The notes: generated from the letters alone by a model not told the origin. A stretch of DNA of 64,000 nucleotides from an uncultured Lachnospiraceae bacterium (GCA_910585995.1 CAJUGG010000032.1:5627-69626); one strand, 5' to 3'. Positions 29,028 through 38,757 are shown, numbered from the stretch's first letter. A program made the numbers and translations.

Positions 29028-29590
29028 CTCTCATCCTCTCGTCCTGGTCTGACATCTTTTGTCACCCATTCTTCTTCCAACTGAAAGACTGCCGTCTCTA
29101 TCAGCAATTTTCTTAAGCTGTCCTCTGTCATATCTGTAAAATACCTGCCGTTTCTCTCTCCCTCAAACGTCCCATATTTAAAAGAAGTGTAGACGATTCC
29201 ATCTCGTTTTAATGCTGCTGCCATTTGAACCAGAACTTTTTTTAATTCCTTGTAAGGCAGATGCAAAACAGAAGAACAAGCCCAGATTCCGTCATAGGTG
29301 TCCACTGCTTTTAAATCCTGAAACAACATCTGTTTTACTTGAATACCTGTATATGTACTTGCAAGCTTACAGATCTCAGTTGAGCCATCAACCGCATCCA
29401 CCCGATATCCCTGTGTCAGAAAATACCTGGTATCCCTCCCAGATCCGCACCCCAGATCCAGAATATACGCATGGAGAAAAAGCTTACCCAAAAACCGATC
29501 CTGAACCGCACGAAAATCCACATCTTTTGTGGATTCAGCGAACATTTGTGCGTGTTGATCGTAATAGTTCAATGTGTTTGTATCCCACAC
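28991..29590 (-). CDS. Class I SAM-dependent methyltransferase
   Basis: ILDLGCGSGRD, YDGIWACSSVLH; start GTG 29590 after GGAGG is approximate. Confidence 0.88.
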   Translation of the reverse strand: MWDTNTLNYYDQHAQMFAESTKDVDFRAVQDRFLGKLFLHAYILDLGCGSGRDTRYFLTQGYRVDAVDGSTEICKLASTYTGIQVKQMLFQDLKAVDTYDGIWACSSVLHLPYKELKKVLVQMAAALKRDGIVYTSFKYGTFEGERNGRYFTDMTEDSLRKLLIETAVFQLEEEWVTKDVRPGREDERWLNILLKKRPR

Positions 29591-30501
29591 TCCAATAGCA
29601 CCTCCCTCACAACCTCTCGATACTCCGTAAGCCCCCTTACTTTCTTGATCTTCTTCCCATACCGTTCTGCCCCTTTGAACAGGTGGATCTGGTAGAACCA
29701 CAGTTCTTTCATCTTAAAGAGTACGTTATTCTCCTCTAATCCTTCCTCTAAGTATCTCTGTATCAGTGTATCGTGGAACTGTTCAAACTGCTGTTTTGTG
29801 CCGTCGCAGAGCAGACCGGGGTTCAGGATGAGACCGCGGCCTAGCATTAGGCATCTTTCTTCTGGAAATCTTTGTTGAAATTCCTGGATCTTGCTGGCGG
29901 TGAACAGGTCTCCGTTGTAGCACAGGGGATTTTTGCTCTTTTTTATGGCTTCTTCATAGCAGGATAATCTGGGAGTATGATTATAGTAGTCTGTCTGCGT
30001 TCTTGGATGGATGATCAGCTCTTCTAGCGGAAATTGGTTGTAGATCTCTAAAAGTTTATGAAATTCTTCTGGGTCTTCTTTTCCAATCCTGGTCTTGATG
30101 GAGATCTTCAGATCCAATGCCCCATAGATCTCTTCCAGAAAATGCTTTAATTCTTCTGGAAGCGCTAAGAAACCAGAGCCTTTGCATTTGGAGGTTACTG
30201 TTCGGGACGGGCAGCCTAGGTTGAGGTTGACTTCCTGATAGCCCAGTTTTTGCAGGGCACGAGCCACTTTGATAAATCCGTCTGCCTGTTTTGTCAGGAT
30301 CTGCGGGACGGCACAGATGCCCTCGTTGTGTTCCGGCAGGATCTCTTTTAATTCTTTTTTCTTAAAATCCCGCTTTTCATGAGGTTCGATAAAAGGGATA
30401 AAATATTTATCCAGGGGACGGTACACCTGCGCATGGGTCTGCCGGTAGACCCATGTGGTGATGCCTTCTAGTGGTGCAAAATAATAGCGGTAATCATTCA
30501 T
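29569..30501 (-). CDS. dus: tRNA-dihydrouridine synthase family protein
   Basis: APLEGIT, NLNLGCPS, IHPRT, YNGDL, MLGRG. Confidence 0.9.
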   Translation of the reverse strand: MNDYRYYFAPLEGITTWVYRQTHAQVYRPLDKYFIPFIEPHEKRDFKKKELKEILPEHNEGICAVPQILTKQADGFIKVARALQKLGYQEVNLNLGCPSRTVTSKCKGSGFLALPEELKHFLEEIYGALDLKISIKTRIGKEDPEEFHKLLEIYNQFPLEELIIHPRTQTDYYNHTPRLSCYEEAIKKSKNPLCYNGDLFTASKIQEFQQRFPEERCLMLGRGLILNPGLLCDGTKQQFEQFHDTLIQRYLEEGLEENNVLFKMKELWFYQIHLFKGAERYGKKIKKVRGLTEYREVVREVLLECGIQTH

Positions 30502-32665
30502 ATTCTTTTACTTCTCCTGACAGTTTTTTAAGATATAAAGCAGCGCCTTTTAGGTCTAACAGATCCTGCAGCAGTTCTTTGCATTTTAGTTCTTCTGGTA
30601 AGATGTCAAAATATTTTCCTTCTATACGTTCTTTTCGAAGCAGATAAGCGGGACGGATGGGGCAGCCTTTCTCTAATATCTCAGCACACTTTTTTCTAAG
30701 GCGCTGTTCACGGATCGAATAGAGGCGGATTCCATAGAGAAATCCCCGAAGAACCACCTGTTCACAGGCGACCTGGTTGGAGTTCCACAGATAGTACAGG
30801 GTACGGATGGTGTCTGTTCCCAGCCGGGGAAATAAAAGCAGATTGTCTGTTCCTGGCTCTTTTTGCAGAGTCTTGGTTAGCCCATATTGTCTGGAAGCCG
30901 TACGCAGCTCATCTAAGATATCGGCAGCCTCTTCATCCAGGTAGGGATAGCTTTCCTTAGAAATCAGTACCTTGTGAATCTTTTCCATCGTCCTCTGATC
31001 GGTCTTAAGATCGCCTTTTCCGTTAAAATGAATATCTGCTTTGGCATATCCTGGTTCTACATCCAGGCGTTTATGTTTTTTGTCGCAGCCTTGTACCAGC
31101 CAGGTATTACCAGCCAGGAAAAAGTAATCACCTGCCTTGTAGGCACGATCCACCATCCCGATCTCTTGTCCATTCCAGCGGACGCTATAAGTATCTTCTG
31201 CTTCAAAGACTGCATAAAAATCCATATTTATGCATATTTTTTCTCCCAGATCGGAGAGTCCGACTGCGCCATCCTCATACAATTTGATATAATCCAACCG
31301 CATCATCTGGTGCAGTACCTGCTTCAGTTCTTCCTGGGAAATGGCATGAAAAATGGAGAGTTCCAAAAGTTCTGCTGCCAGTCTCTTAGGCTGTAAACAC
31401 CCTTTTTCACAGAGGATGGACAGCGTCTCATGGACAAGCAGGTTCAGAGGGTACTTTGGCAGTCTCTCTGTCTCCAGATATTTTTCCCGAAAATACAGTT
31501 CGATCATGGCGATGGTCCGCACCAGGCTAAGATCCAGACTTTCCAGTGCTTCTTCCGGTGCATAGTAGCGCAGGTGGAAGGCAATACTCGACTGCATGGT
31601 CTTTCTGCCGCTGCGCCCTACCCGTTGTACCATACTGGAGATGCGAAGCGGCTGGGATGCCTGGATCACTTCATCCAGATCTCCAATGTCGATCCCCAGC
31701 TCCAAGGTCAGTGTCGTCCCGGTCAGTATCGGGCCGGAGCTGTGTTTCATACAGGCTTCGGTCTCTTCCCGAAGATCTTTGGAGATGCTCCCATGGTGAA
31801 TATAATAATGATCCACAAGCCCCTCTTTTTGCGCCAGGCGCCTTACCTGCGATACCAGAATCTCACACTCCCGTCGGGAATTGGTAAAGAGCAGCACGCG
31901 TTTTCCCTTTGCCTGTTCTAAGATCTTTTTCCCATACGCTTTGGGATAATCATTGCTTCTGATCCGCGTGGAAGTGACCGAGACCAGATACCTCCTTTTC
32001 TCTTCCTGATAATCGATCACTTTGGCTTTCCTAGTGCTTCCGGCACAGAGAAAGGTAAGCGCTTCTTTGGTATCCGCAATCGTGGCTGACAACCCAATTC
32101 GAACTGGTATTCTCTTTGTAATCCTCTGCATCCGTTCTAGGATGGCCAACAACTGCAGCCCTCTTTGATTTCCCATAAAATAGTGGATCTCATCTATCAC
32201 GATATACTGAACCTCTGAAAACAAGATCCTGATATTTTCCGGATGGCGGCACAACATGGCCTCTAAAGATTCCGGCGTAGTCTGCAAGATCCCGTCAGGC
32301 CATCTTAAAAGTCGTTCTTTTTTGGAGAGAGCCGCATCGCCATGCCATTTGGTGATTCGAAGATGCGTGCCCGCCAGCATCTCTTCAATCCGTTCAAACT
32401 GGTCGTTAATCAGCGCTTTCAGAGGGCTGATATACAAGATGCCTACACTGTTGACCGGATGATGATAGATCTCGGTCAGTGCAGGCATCAAAGCCGCCTC
32501 TGTCTTGCCCATCGCCGTCCCGGCTGTGAAGAGCAGATGATGTTCTTTTTCCAGCACTTCCCCCACCGCGCGGATCTGCATAGAGCTTAGATGCTCCCAG
32601 TGTTTGTCATAGATATAATCCTGGATAAAATCCGCCAGAAGATCATAGGCCTGTGATTCTGTCAT
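30494..32665 (-). CDS. sngC: Lhr-like DEAD/DEAH helicase (Shango SngC-like)
   Basis: AGTAMGKT, PLKALINDQ, DEIH, SAT, TLELGIDIG, QRVGRSGR; follows the ATPase with an ATGA overlap. Confidence 0.8.
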   Translation of the reverse strand: MTESQAYDLLADFIQDYIYDKHWEHLSSMQIRAVGEVLEKEHHLLFTAGTAMGKTEAALMPALTEIYHHPVNSVGILYISPLKALINDQFERIEEMLAGTHLRITKWHGDAALSKKERLLRWPDGILQTTPESLEAMLCRHPENIRILFSEVQYIVIDEIHYFMGNQRGLQLLAILERMQRITKRIPVRIGLSATIADTKEALTFLCAGSTRKAKVIDYQEEKRRYLVSVTSTRIRSNDYPKAYGKKILEQAKGKRVLLFTNSRRECEILVSQVRRLAQKEGLVDHYYIHHGSISKDLREETEACMKHSSGPILTGTTLTLELGIDIGDLDEVIQASQPLRISSMVQRVGRSGRKTMQSSIAFHLRYYAPEEALESLDLSLVRTIAMIELYFREKYLETERLPKYPLNLLVHETLSILCEKGCLQPKRLAAELLELSIFHAISQEELKQVLHQMMRLDYIKLYEDGAVGLSDLGEKICINMDFYAVFEAEDTYSVRWNGQEIGMVDRAYKAGDYFFLAGNTWLVQGCDKKHKRLDVEPGYAKADIHFNGKGDLKTDQRTMEKIHKVLISKESYPYLDEEAADILDELRTASRQYGLTKTLQKEPGTDNLLLFPRLGTDTIRTLYYLWNSNQVACEQVVLRGFLYGIRLYSIREQRLRKKCAEILEKGCPIRPAYLLRKERIEGKYFDILPEELKCKELLQDLLDLKGAALYLKKLSGEVKEYE

Positions 32666-34002
32666 AATGTAAATCCTTCATATTTTCCGCTTTGTGCTGC
32701 CTCTTCGGCATCAGAAGCCCCGATCATAGAAGCACTCATCTGAATCCCCTTCTGCGCTCCTAAAAAGTCTTCCATCCGGTCTTCTACGCGCACTGTGCTC
32801 TTTAGATCCAATATAGTCAGAAAATCCCGGATAAATTCCCGCGGTGTCAGATGGTTGGCCGCGGCGATGCGATGGTACTCATAGTTCACAAACTGAATCC
32901 GTTCCTCTTCGGAAAAATAAGCCTCTGCTCTCTCGTTAAGCAGCCTGTGCATATCTTCCAGACGTTCTAACAGGGTCAAAAATTCCTCTGCAGTCAGCAT
33001 GGAGAGCTTGATGATGGGAGCATGATAGATCTCATCTCCCTGTAAGGACGAATTGGAGAGGCGGCTCTTTAGTGCCTCATAGGAAAAGATGCCCCTCTTT
33101 TTATCATGAATCGAAGAAGGGATTCCGCACAGCACAATCCCTATATAGCGGGCTTCGTTCCCATAACAGTCATTGTATATGGACAAAAGCCGTTCAAAAT
33201 TGTGCTCTCTGGTCACTGCATGGACGATATTTCTAGTGATCTGTGTCAGTTCATCTAAGAGTAGATAGAGACCTGTGTATCCAATCTCTTTGATCAGAAT
33301 CGCCCACAGTTTGATATAGGAGAACCAGTCTCCATCTTCGATCACAGCATTGACTCCCAAGGCCTTTTTCGCCTCTGTCCGGGTCCGGTATTCGCCGCGC
33401 ATCCACCGCAGTGCACAGCTTTTTTTCCTGGCATCTTTTGAAAAATATCCCTGAATATACTGAAAAAATATTTCATAAAAATCAAATCCGTGGGGCAGCG
33501 CTTCGATCTTTTGGCGAAGCGGCGTAGAAGACTTTTGAAGATCTGTCAGGATCTCATCTACTTCTGTCAGCCCTTTTTGTTCTGCCTGTTCCTGGCAGTG
33601 ACTAAGATAGGTATCCAGCACTTCCTCTAAAGCATTCCCGGACGGAGATGTCCTGGTACTCATCCGCGACAACAGGCACCGGTAAGTCTCCAGCCCCTCC
33701 CGCTTTGTCCCGCACAGCTTACGCTCCGGCGCCAGTTCACATTCCATCACCACAAAGCCCCGTAAAAGGGCTTCATTTTTAATCAGTTTTGCCATAAAAC
33801 TTTTTCCGGTGCCATAGGCTCCCTCTAAGAGACGAAAGGTCGAATACCCTTCTGCCACCTGTGCCATATCCTGTGTGATGGCTTCCACCTCGTCCCTGCG
33901 GCCCACAGCAATATACGGGAGTCCATTATCCGGCACACTTCCTCCCGCTAATGCATGCAGGATCGTCTTGGCAATCCGCTTATTTACCTTCTGTTCCATC
34001 AT
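32662..34002 (-). CDS. sngB: DUF2791/BrxD-like P-loop ATPase (Shango SngB-like)
   Basis: ALAGGSVP..GL..IAVGR, GAYGTGKS, LRWMRGEY, LLLDE, SYEALKSRL, TPREFIRDF. Confidence 0.82.
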   Translation of the reverse strand: MMEQKVNKRIAKTILHALAGGSVPDNGLPYIAVGRRDEVEAITQDMAQVAEGYSTFRLLEGAYGTGKSFMAKLIKNEALLRGFVVMECELAPERKLCGTKREGLETYRCLLSRMSTRTSPSGNALEEVLDTYLSHCQEQAEQKGLTEVDEILTDLQKSSTPLRQKIEALPHGFDFYEIFFQYIQGYFSKDARKKSCALRWMRGEYRTRTEAKKALGVNAVIEDGDWFSYIKLWAILIKEIGYTGLYLLLDELTQITRNIVHAVTREHNFERLLSIYNDCYGNEARYIGIVLCGIPSSIHDKKRGIFSYEALKSRLSNSSLQGDEIYHAPIIKLSMLTAEEFLTLLERLEDMHRLLNERAEAYFSEEERIQFVNYEYHRIAAANHLTPREFIRDFLTILDLKSTVRVEDRMEDFLGAQKGIQMSASMIGASDAEEAAQSGKYEGFTL

Positions 34003-35585
34003 GCTTCCTCTCTCACGATTTGATCCACATCTGCCTCGTAGTCTTCTATAATCTTCAGGACACCCGCTTCCTTTTCCAAAAGAAGATCTCCCATAAGTTG
34101 CAATGCTTTTTCATTAATCCGCTTGATCATCACAGGCTCTGGTATCCTGCATACGGACAAGAAATGCTCCGCTTCCTCCTTTTTTCCCTCTCGCAGATAC
34201 CTCAGATACTGTCTCTCCTCCTGTTTCCACTCCTCGTCCTGCGCAGGTTTTGCTTCTGTCTCTTTTTTGTGAATTATTTCACAAGATCTCAGACTTTCAT
34301 AGTTTAGTTCTCCTTCACTTAGCATCCCAAGCACTGACTTTGCATCTGAGCGCGCTTTTTTCAGCCGCTTGGGATCAATCGATTCGGGGACCTCTACACG
34401 CTCATAGTCCAGATCCGGCACATTTTTTGCCTGACTTTTTTTCTTTGGAAGAACGATCTGTTCGGCTGTAAAAAAGCGCTGCACCCCTTCTTCGATGGCT
34501 TTCTGAAACCTTGGATCACGCAGCATCCCTTTGATCTTTTCCACGTTTTTAGGATGATCTATGCCGATCGGATAATTTTTATTTATCAGCTTGTTGACAG
34601 AAAATACTCTGTTTGGTGCTTTTATGGCCTTTCGGACACAGGATTCGGTGCAGTAGTAGAGAATACACAGCAGATCCTGTGCACTTTCCCGCAGGATATA
34701 ATACCAGAATTTCCAGTAATCCGAGAAATCCTGGTACTCATAATACATATAGTCGGATACCTGCACTCGCTTCGCGGGCTTTTCTTTTCCATACAAGACA
34801 GGATACTCCCCAAGATACATAGAGCCATAGAATCCATTCAGGATCATATGCCGAAAATCATACTCTGCAAAAGAGTCCTCTAAGCTCTGAAAGATATAGG
34901 GCATCGCACGCCATGTATATGTCACATAATTCTGAGCGGAACACAACTTGTCCACTTTTAAAAGTCTTGCATTCTGCCTTACATATCGGGCAGCTTCCCG
35001 GTAATCTCCTCTTTCTATCGCCTCATACAGTCGTCCGCTGAAATCTTTTCCTGTACATTTCTCCAGGCTGTCAACCACCGGCATCAGCACCTCCGGATTC
35101 GACAGCATAAACAGACGGCAGATCATCGTAAAATATTCCTGAAACTTTTCCTTTGGTTTTGCTTTTTCACACAGCCTGTCCCAAAAAGAGAACAAGACTT
35201 CACAGGCCTCCAAAGGACTGTCCTGATAGATCAGATTGGCTACTTCTAGCAGATAATATGCGGCATAATTCAGATCCTCCACCTCTGCTTTCTGTTCCCT
35301 AAACTGTCCTACAAGGGTATAATAATACAAGATCTGCTCGTCTGTCATCTCTTCTAAGCAGCGAACGATCTTAGTCAGCTTCACAGGCTTTGGGTGTTCT
35401 GCCTGAAGCCCTTTCATATACAAAGCCTCTTCCCGAAACAGCCGGATATCCGTCCGGGCATCTACCGGTTCCCTAAGTTCTGCATTTAGCGATCTCTGAC
35501 GCTTCAGCTTGATCACATACCTTCGGAAAGCTTCCACTTTTCGCTCAGGCGTCAGTCTCTTTTCATACATCTTCTGTAGATCCAT
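33999..35585 (-). CDS. sngA: TerB-N/TerB-C domain protein (Shango SngA-like)
   Basis: TerB-N-like MTDEQILYY...YLLEVAN; TerB-C-like IDPKRLKKAR...INEKALQLMGDLLLE...IIEDY; first gene of the triad. Confidence 0.68.
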   Translation of the reverse strand: MDLQKMYEKRLTPERKVEAFRRYVIKLKRQRSLNAELREPVDARTDIRLFREEALYMKGLQAEHPKPVKLTKIVRCLEEMTDEQILYYYTLVGQFREQKAEVEDLNYAAYYLLEVANLIYQDSPLEACEVLFSFWDRLCEKAKPKEKFQEYFTMICRLFMLSNPEVLMPVVDSLEKCTGKDFSGRLYEAIERGDYREAARYVRQNARLLKVDKLCSAQNYVTYTWRAMPYIFQSLEDSFAEYDFRHMILNGFYGSMYLGEYPVLYGKEKPAKRVQVSDYMYYEYQDFSDYWKFWYYILRESAQDLLCILYYCTESCVRKAIKAPNRVFSVNKLINKNYPIGIDHPKNVEKIKGMLRDPRFQKAIEEGVQRFFTAEQIVLPKKKSQAKNVPDLDYERVEVPESIDPKRLKKARSDAKSVLGMLSEGELNYESLRSCEIIHKKETEAKPAQDEEWKQEERQYLRYLREGKKEEAEHFLSVCRIPEPVMIKRINEKALQLMGDLLLEKEAGVLKIIEDYEADVDQIVREEA

Positions 35586-35595
35586 GACCCCACCC

Positions 35596-35928
35596 TTACT
35601 TTTTCGCACACAGATCATAGCTCTCTGCGATCATCCGTTTTAACTCTTTCTTTGGTATCGTCCCATCCAGAATCAAAGAATTCCAATACTTTTTGTTCAT
35701 ATGATAAGCCGGCACCACCGCCTCGTATGTCTGTCTCCACAGATCCCGCCACTGCGGATCACACTTCACATTGACCCATATCTTATCTTCCCGCTCGTAG
35801 ATCCAGGCAAAGATACGATTCGTAGTCCGTATCCGCATACAGGTCCAGTTGGCGTCGTGAAATGGATAATCTTCATATGTATGGGAGAATGTAAGGCAAT
35901 AGGCGATCACTTCTTTTCTGCTCTTCAT
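35596..35928 (-). CDS. MmcQ/YjbR family DNA-binding protein
   Basis: EDYPF, VNVKCDP, PAYHMNKKYWNS, MIAESYDL. Confidence 0.9.
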   Translation of the reverse strand: MKSRKEVIAYCLTFSHTYEDYPFHDANWTCMRIRTTNRIFAWIYEREDKIWVNVKCDPQWRDLWRQTYEAVVPAYHMNKKYWNSLILDGTIPKKELKRMIAESYDLCAKK

Positions 35929-35972
35929 ACAGTCCTCCTTCTCCTTTTTTATATCATCAGTATAACATACAT

Positions 35973-36029
35973 CAAAGCCGCAGCACAAGCACACACCTGT
36001 CCTGGAAGTGTGCTTGTGCTGCGGCTTTG
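35973..36029. repeat. 22-bp perfect inverted repeat with 13-nt loop
   Basis: CAAAGCCGCAGCACAAGCACAC / GTGTGCTTGTGCTGCGGCTTTG. Confidence 0.88.
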
Positions 36030-36047
36030 GATCATAGAGTATGAATT

Positions 36048-36518
36048 CTATTGCTTTCGGCTTTTCCGCAGTTCTTTAAAAAAATCTTTTAACATCTGTG
36101 AGCACTCTTTTTCTAAGATTCCCTCCTTAAGCTCCACCTGATGATTAAATTCTGGTATCTGAAGCAAGTTTAAAATGGACCCTGCACAACCTGCCTTGGG
36201 ATTGCGGCTTCCGATTACTACTCTTGGAATCCTCGCCTGCACAATGGCTCCCGCACACATCTGGCATGGCTCTAACGTAATATACATGGTACATTCTTCT
36301 AACCGCCAGTCCCCCACTGCCCGGCTGGCTTTTCGAATCGCTAAAAGTTCTGCATGTGCCAATGTGTTTTTATCCGTGTTTCGGCGGTTATAGCCTCTGG
36401 CGATGATCTTATCGTCTTTTACGATAACGCATCCGATAGGCACTTCCTGAAGCTTCCATGCTTTTTTGGCCTGCCGGATGGCTTCTTTCATATACTTCTC
36501 GTCCTCTGTCAGATACAT
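36048..36518 (-). CDS. tadA: tRNA adenosine(34) deaminase
   Basis: EVPIG, HAE, TLEPCQMC; RBS AGAGGAG before ATG 36518. Confidence 0.94.
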   Translation of the reverse strand: MYLTEDEKYMKEAIRQAKKAWKLQEVPIGCVIVKDDKIIARGYNRRNTDKNTLAHAELLAIRKASRAVGDWRLEECTMYITLEPCQMCAGAIVQARIPRVVIGSRNPKAGCAGSILNLLQIPEFNHQVELKEGILEKECSQMLKDFFKELRKSRKQ

Positions 36519-36978
36519 CTTGTGTACTCCTCTCGCAATTTCCAAACCATGCACAGCGGATACATTTTTCACCACCTCTGGGGTAGATCAGCAGCTTTCT
36601 TGCACCGATCCAGGCATCCTCCCACTCTGCCACACAGTCCTGATCCTCTGACAAGGTCAGCCAGATCCCCTTGGTATCGGAGAGAGAGATCCCCTTTCCC
36701 TGAATATTCAGAGCATCGATCATCCCCTGCCATCCCATCGCCTGCGCCTGTTCTTCTAATTCTCCCAGATAGATCCCTACCATCTGATCCTGACGCTGAA
36801 AATAGATATAGATCTTTCCGGCTTTTCCCCTAAGGCTTTGAACTTTTTTCAGATGCACTTCTAGTCTGCATTGGTGCTTTCTTAACTCTAACTTTACAAA
36901 TCCCAAGCTTTGCCGCTCATTGTGATCCGGATAGGTATAGAGATATGCAATCTGGCGCCTGTATTCTTCCATGAACAC
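36409..36978 (-). CDS. DUF6128-like hypothetical protein
   Basis: YRRQIAYLYTY...GFVKLE N-terminus; 3' end overlaps tadA by 110 nt. Confidence 0.55.
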   Translation of the reverse strand: MFMEEYRRQIAYLYTYPDHNERQSLGFVKLELRKHQCRLEVHLKKVQSLRGKAGKIYIYFQRQDQMVGIYLGELEEQAQAMGWQGMIDALNIQGKGISLSDTKGIWLTLSEDQDCVAEWEDAWIGARKLLIYPRGGEKCIRCAWFGNCERSTQDVSDRGREVYERSHPAGQKSMEASGSAYRMRYRKRR

Positions 36979-36999
36979 TCTCTTTCGCCTTTTAGGGAT

Positions 37000-37028
37000 A
37001 TTCTATGCTCGTCTAGATACAGTTATGC
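37000..37028 (-). promoter_or_regulatory. sigmaE-like sporulation promoter
   Basis: GCATAA-15-CATAGAAT. Confidence 0.5.
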
Positions 37029-37039
37029 CAAGAAGCACA

Positions 37040-37912
37040 TCACTTTAGTACCCGATTGGTAAACTCTGCAAACTGTGCAAGCGTCATGGCCTCTCCCCGT
37101 ATAGAAGGAGACAGTCCCATCTCCTCTAAGACCTTCACCGTCTGCTCCTTGCTGATCCCAAGCTCTGCTGCATGGCTGATTCCATTTTGCAGGGTCTTTC
37201 TGCGCTGATTAAAAGAAGCCCGGATAATGGCGAACATCAGTTTCTCATCTTTTACTTTTACCGGCGGGCTTTCATGCGTGGTCAAGCGGATCACAGCAGA
37301 ACCCACCTTGGGCCTTGGCAGAAAACAATTCGCAGGCACATTGGCTACAATATAAGGACTTGCATAATACTGAACTGCCAGGGAGAGTGCGCCATAGTCT
37401 TTGGTTCCCGGCCCCACCTGCATCCGGTCCGCCACTTCTTTTTGCACCATCACCGTAATACTCTGAACGGGCACATGTTTTTCCAAAAGTCCCATAATAA
37501 TCGGCGTCGTAATATAATAGGGAAGATTCGCCACGACCTTAACCGGTCTGCCCTCATTCCTCTTCTGGGTAAGCGCTTCCAGATCCACCTTCATCACATC
37601 GTCATGAATAATGGTCACATTGTCATAGCCGCTTAATGTATCTTCTAGTATCGGAATCAGCGCCTTGTCGATCTCTATCGCTGCCACGCCTCTTGCCGCT
37701 GCTGCCAGATGCTGTGTCATGGTTCCGATCCCTGGGCCGATCTCCACCACATAGTCTTCTTTGGTGATCTCTGCCGCCCGGATGATCTTGTCTAGCACAT
37801 GAGGATCAATCAAAAAATTCTGTCCAAACTTTTTTTGAAATACAAACTTATACTGATTTAAGACTGCAATCGTCTCCTGGGGACTCCCAAGATAAGGTCT
37901 TGGTGCTGTCAT
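37040..37912 (-). CDS. rsmA: 16S rRNA m6,2A dimethyltransferase
   Basis: KKFGQNFL, EIGPGIG, ANLPYYITTP. Confidence 0.96.
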   Translation of the reverse strand: MTAPRPYLGSPQETIAVLNQYKFVFQKKFGQNFLIDPHVLDKIIRAAEITKEDYVVEIGPGIGTMTQHLAAAARGVAAIEIDKALIPILEDTLSGYDNVTIIHDDVMKVDLEALTQKRNEGRPVKVVANLPYYITTPIIMGLLEKHVPVQSITVMVQKEVADRMQVGPGTKDYGALSLAVQYYASPYIVANVPANCFLPRPKVGSAVIRLTTHESPPVKVKDEKLMFAIIRASFNQRRKTLQNGISHAAELGISKEQTVKVLEEMGLSPSIRGEAMTLAQFAEFTNRVLK

Positions 37913-38691
37913 ATGGCCGCCTCCTGTCCGATCGCATAGAAAGATCTGGCATTTTCCAATGTGATCCGGATCACTTCCTCTGTTGTACATGCTTTTAATG
38001 CAGCGATAGCCTCTGCCACATATGACAGATTGCGGGAATCATTTCGTTTTCCCCGGTAAGGAACCGGTGCTAAGTAGGGAGAATCCGTCTCCAGCAAAAG
38101 CCTCTCCAATGGGATCTGCTGTACCACTTCTTTTAGTTTTTTAGCATTTGGAAAAGTAATCACCCCGCCAATGCCCAGATAGTACCCCATCTTGACATAC
38201 TCTCTTGCCATCTCCAAAGAGTAAGAATAGCAATGTATGACGGCCTTAGTCTGTGCGCTGTATTCCTGTCGTAAGATCTCCATGGTATCGGCGGCCGCCT
38301 CCCGGCTGTGGACAATCACCGGAAGTCCTAACTCTTTTGCGAGGCGCAGTTGGCGGACAAACCATTTTTTCTGCAGGTCATGATGCTCTTTATCCCAATA
38401 ATAGTCCAGTCCAATCTCTCCCACTGCCACGATCTTCTCCCGGATGCACTGTTGTCTAAGCCAGGAAAAGCGCTCCTCATTCAGCTCTCCCACCTCAGTC
38501 GGGTGAACTCCTGCTGCACCATAAATAAAAGGATACTCCTCTGTCAGCCGAATGGTCTTCTCTGTCCCCTTAAGGCTTGCTCCCACATTCACCACGATAC
38601 CGATCCCGTTCTCTTTAAAAGACGCCAGCACTTCTTCTCTGTCACTGTCAAAAGCCTGGTCGTCATAATGCGCATGACTGTCAAATATCAT
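37909..38691 (-). CDS. tatD: TatD family DNase
   Basis: DSHAH, GVHP, GEIGLDY, HSREA, ETDSPYL. Confidence 0.94.
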   Translation of the reverse strand: MIFDSHAHYDDQAFDSDREEVLASFKENGIGIVVNVGASLKGTEKTIRLTEEYPFIYGAAGVHPTEVGELNEERFSWLRQQCIREKIVAVGEIGLDYYWDKEHHDLQKKWFVRQLRLAKELGLPVIVHSREAAADTMEILRQEYSAQTKAVIHCYSYSLEMAREYVKMGYYLGIGGVITFPNAKKLKEVVQQIPLERLLLETDSPYLAPVPYRGKRNDSRNLSYVAEAIAALKACTTEEVIRITLENARSFYAIGQEAAI

Positions 38692-38757
38692 ACAAACACT
38701 CCTGATTTTTTTGATAGATAACAGTATAGCGGTTTTTAGACGGCAATGCAAGCCTGT

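Noticed and set aside
32662..34002. BREX system call based on the BrxD-like ATPase
   Set aside because: No pglX, pglZ or brxC in the window; the TerB-ATPase-helicase order fits Shango.
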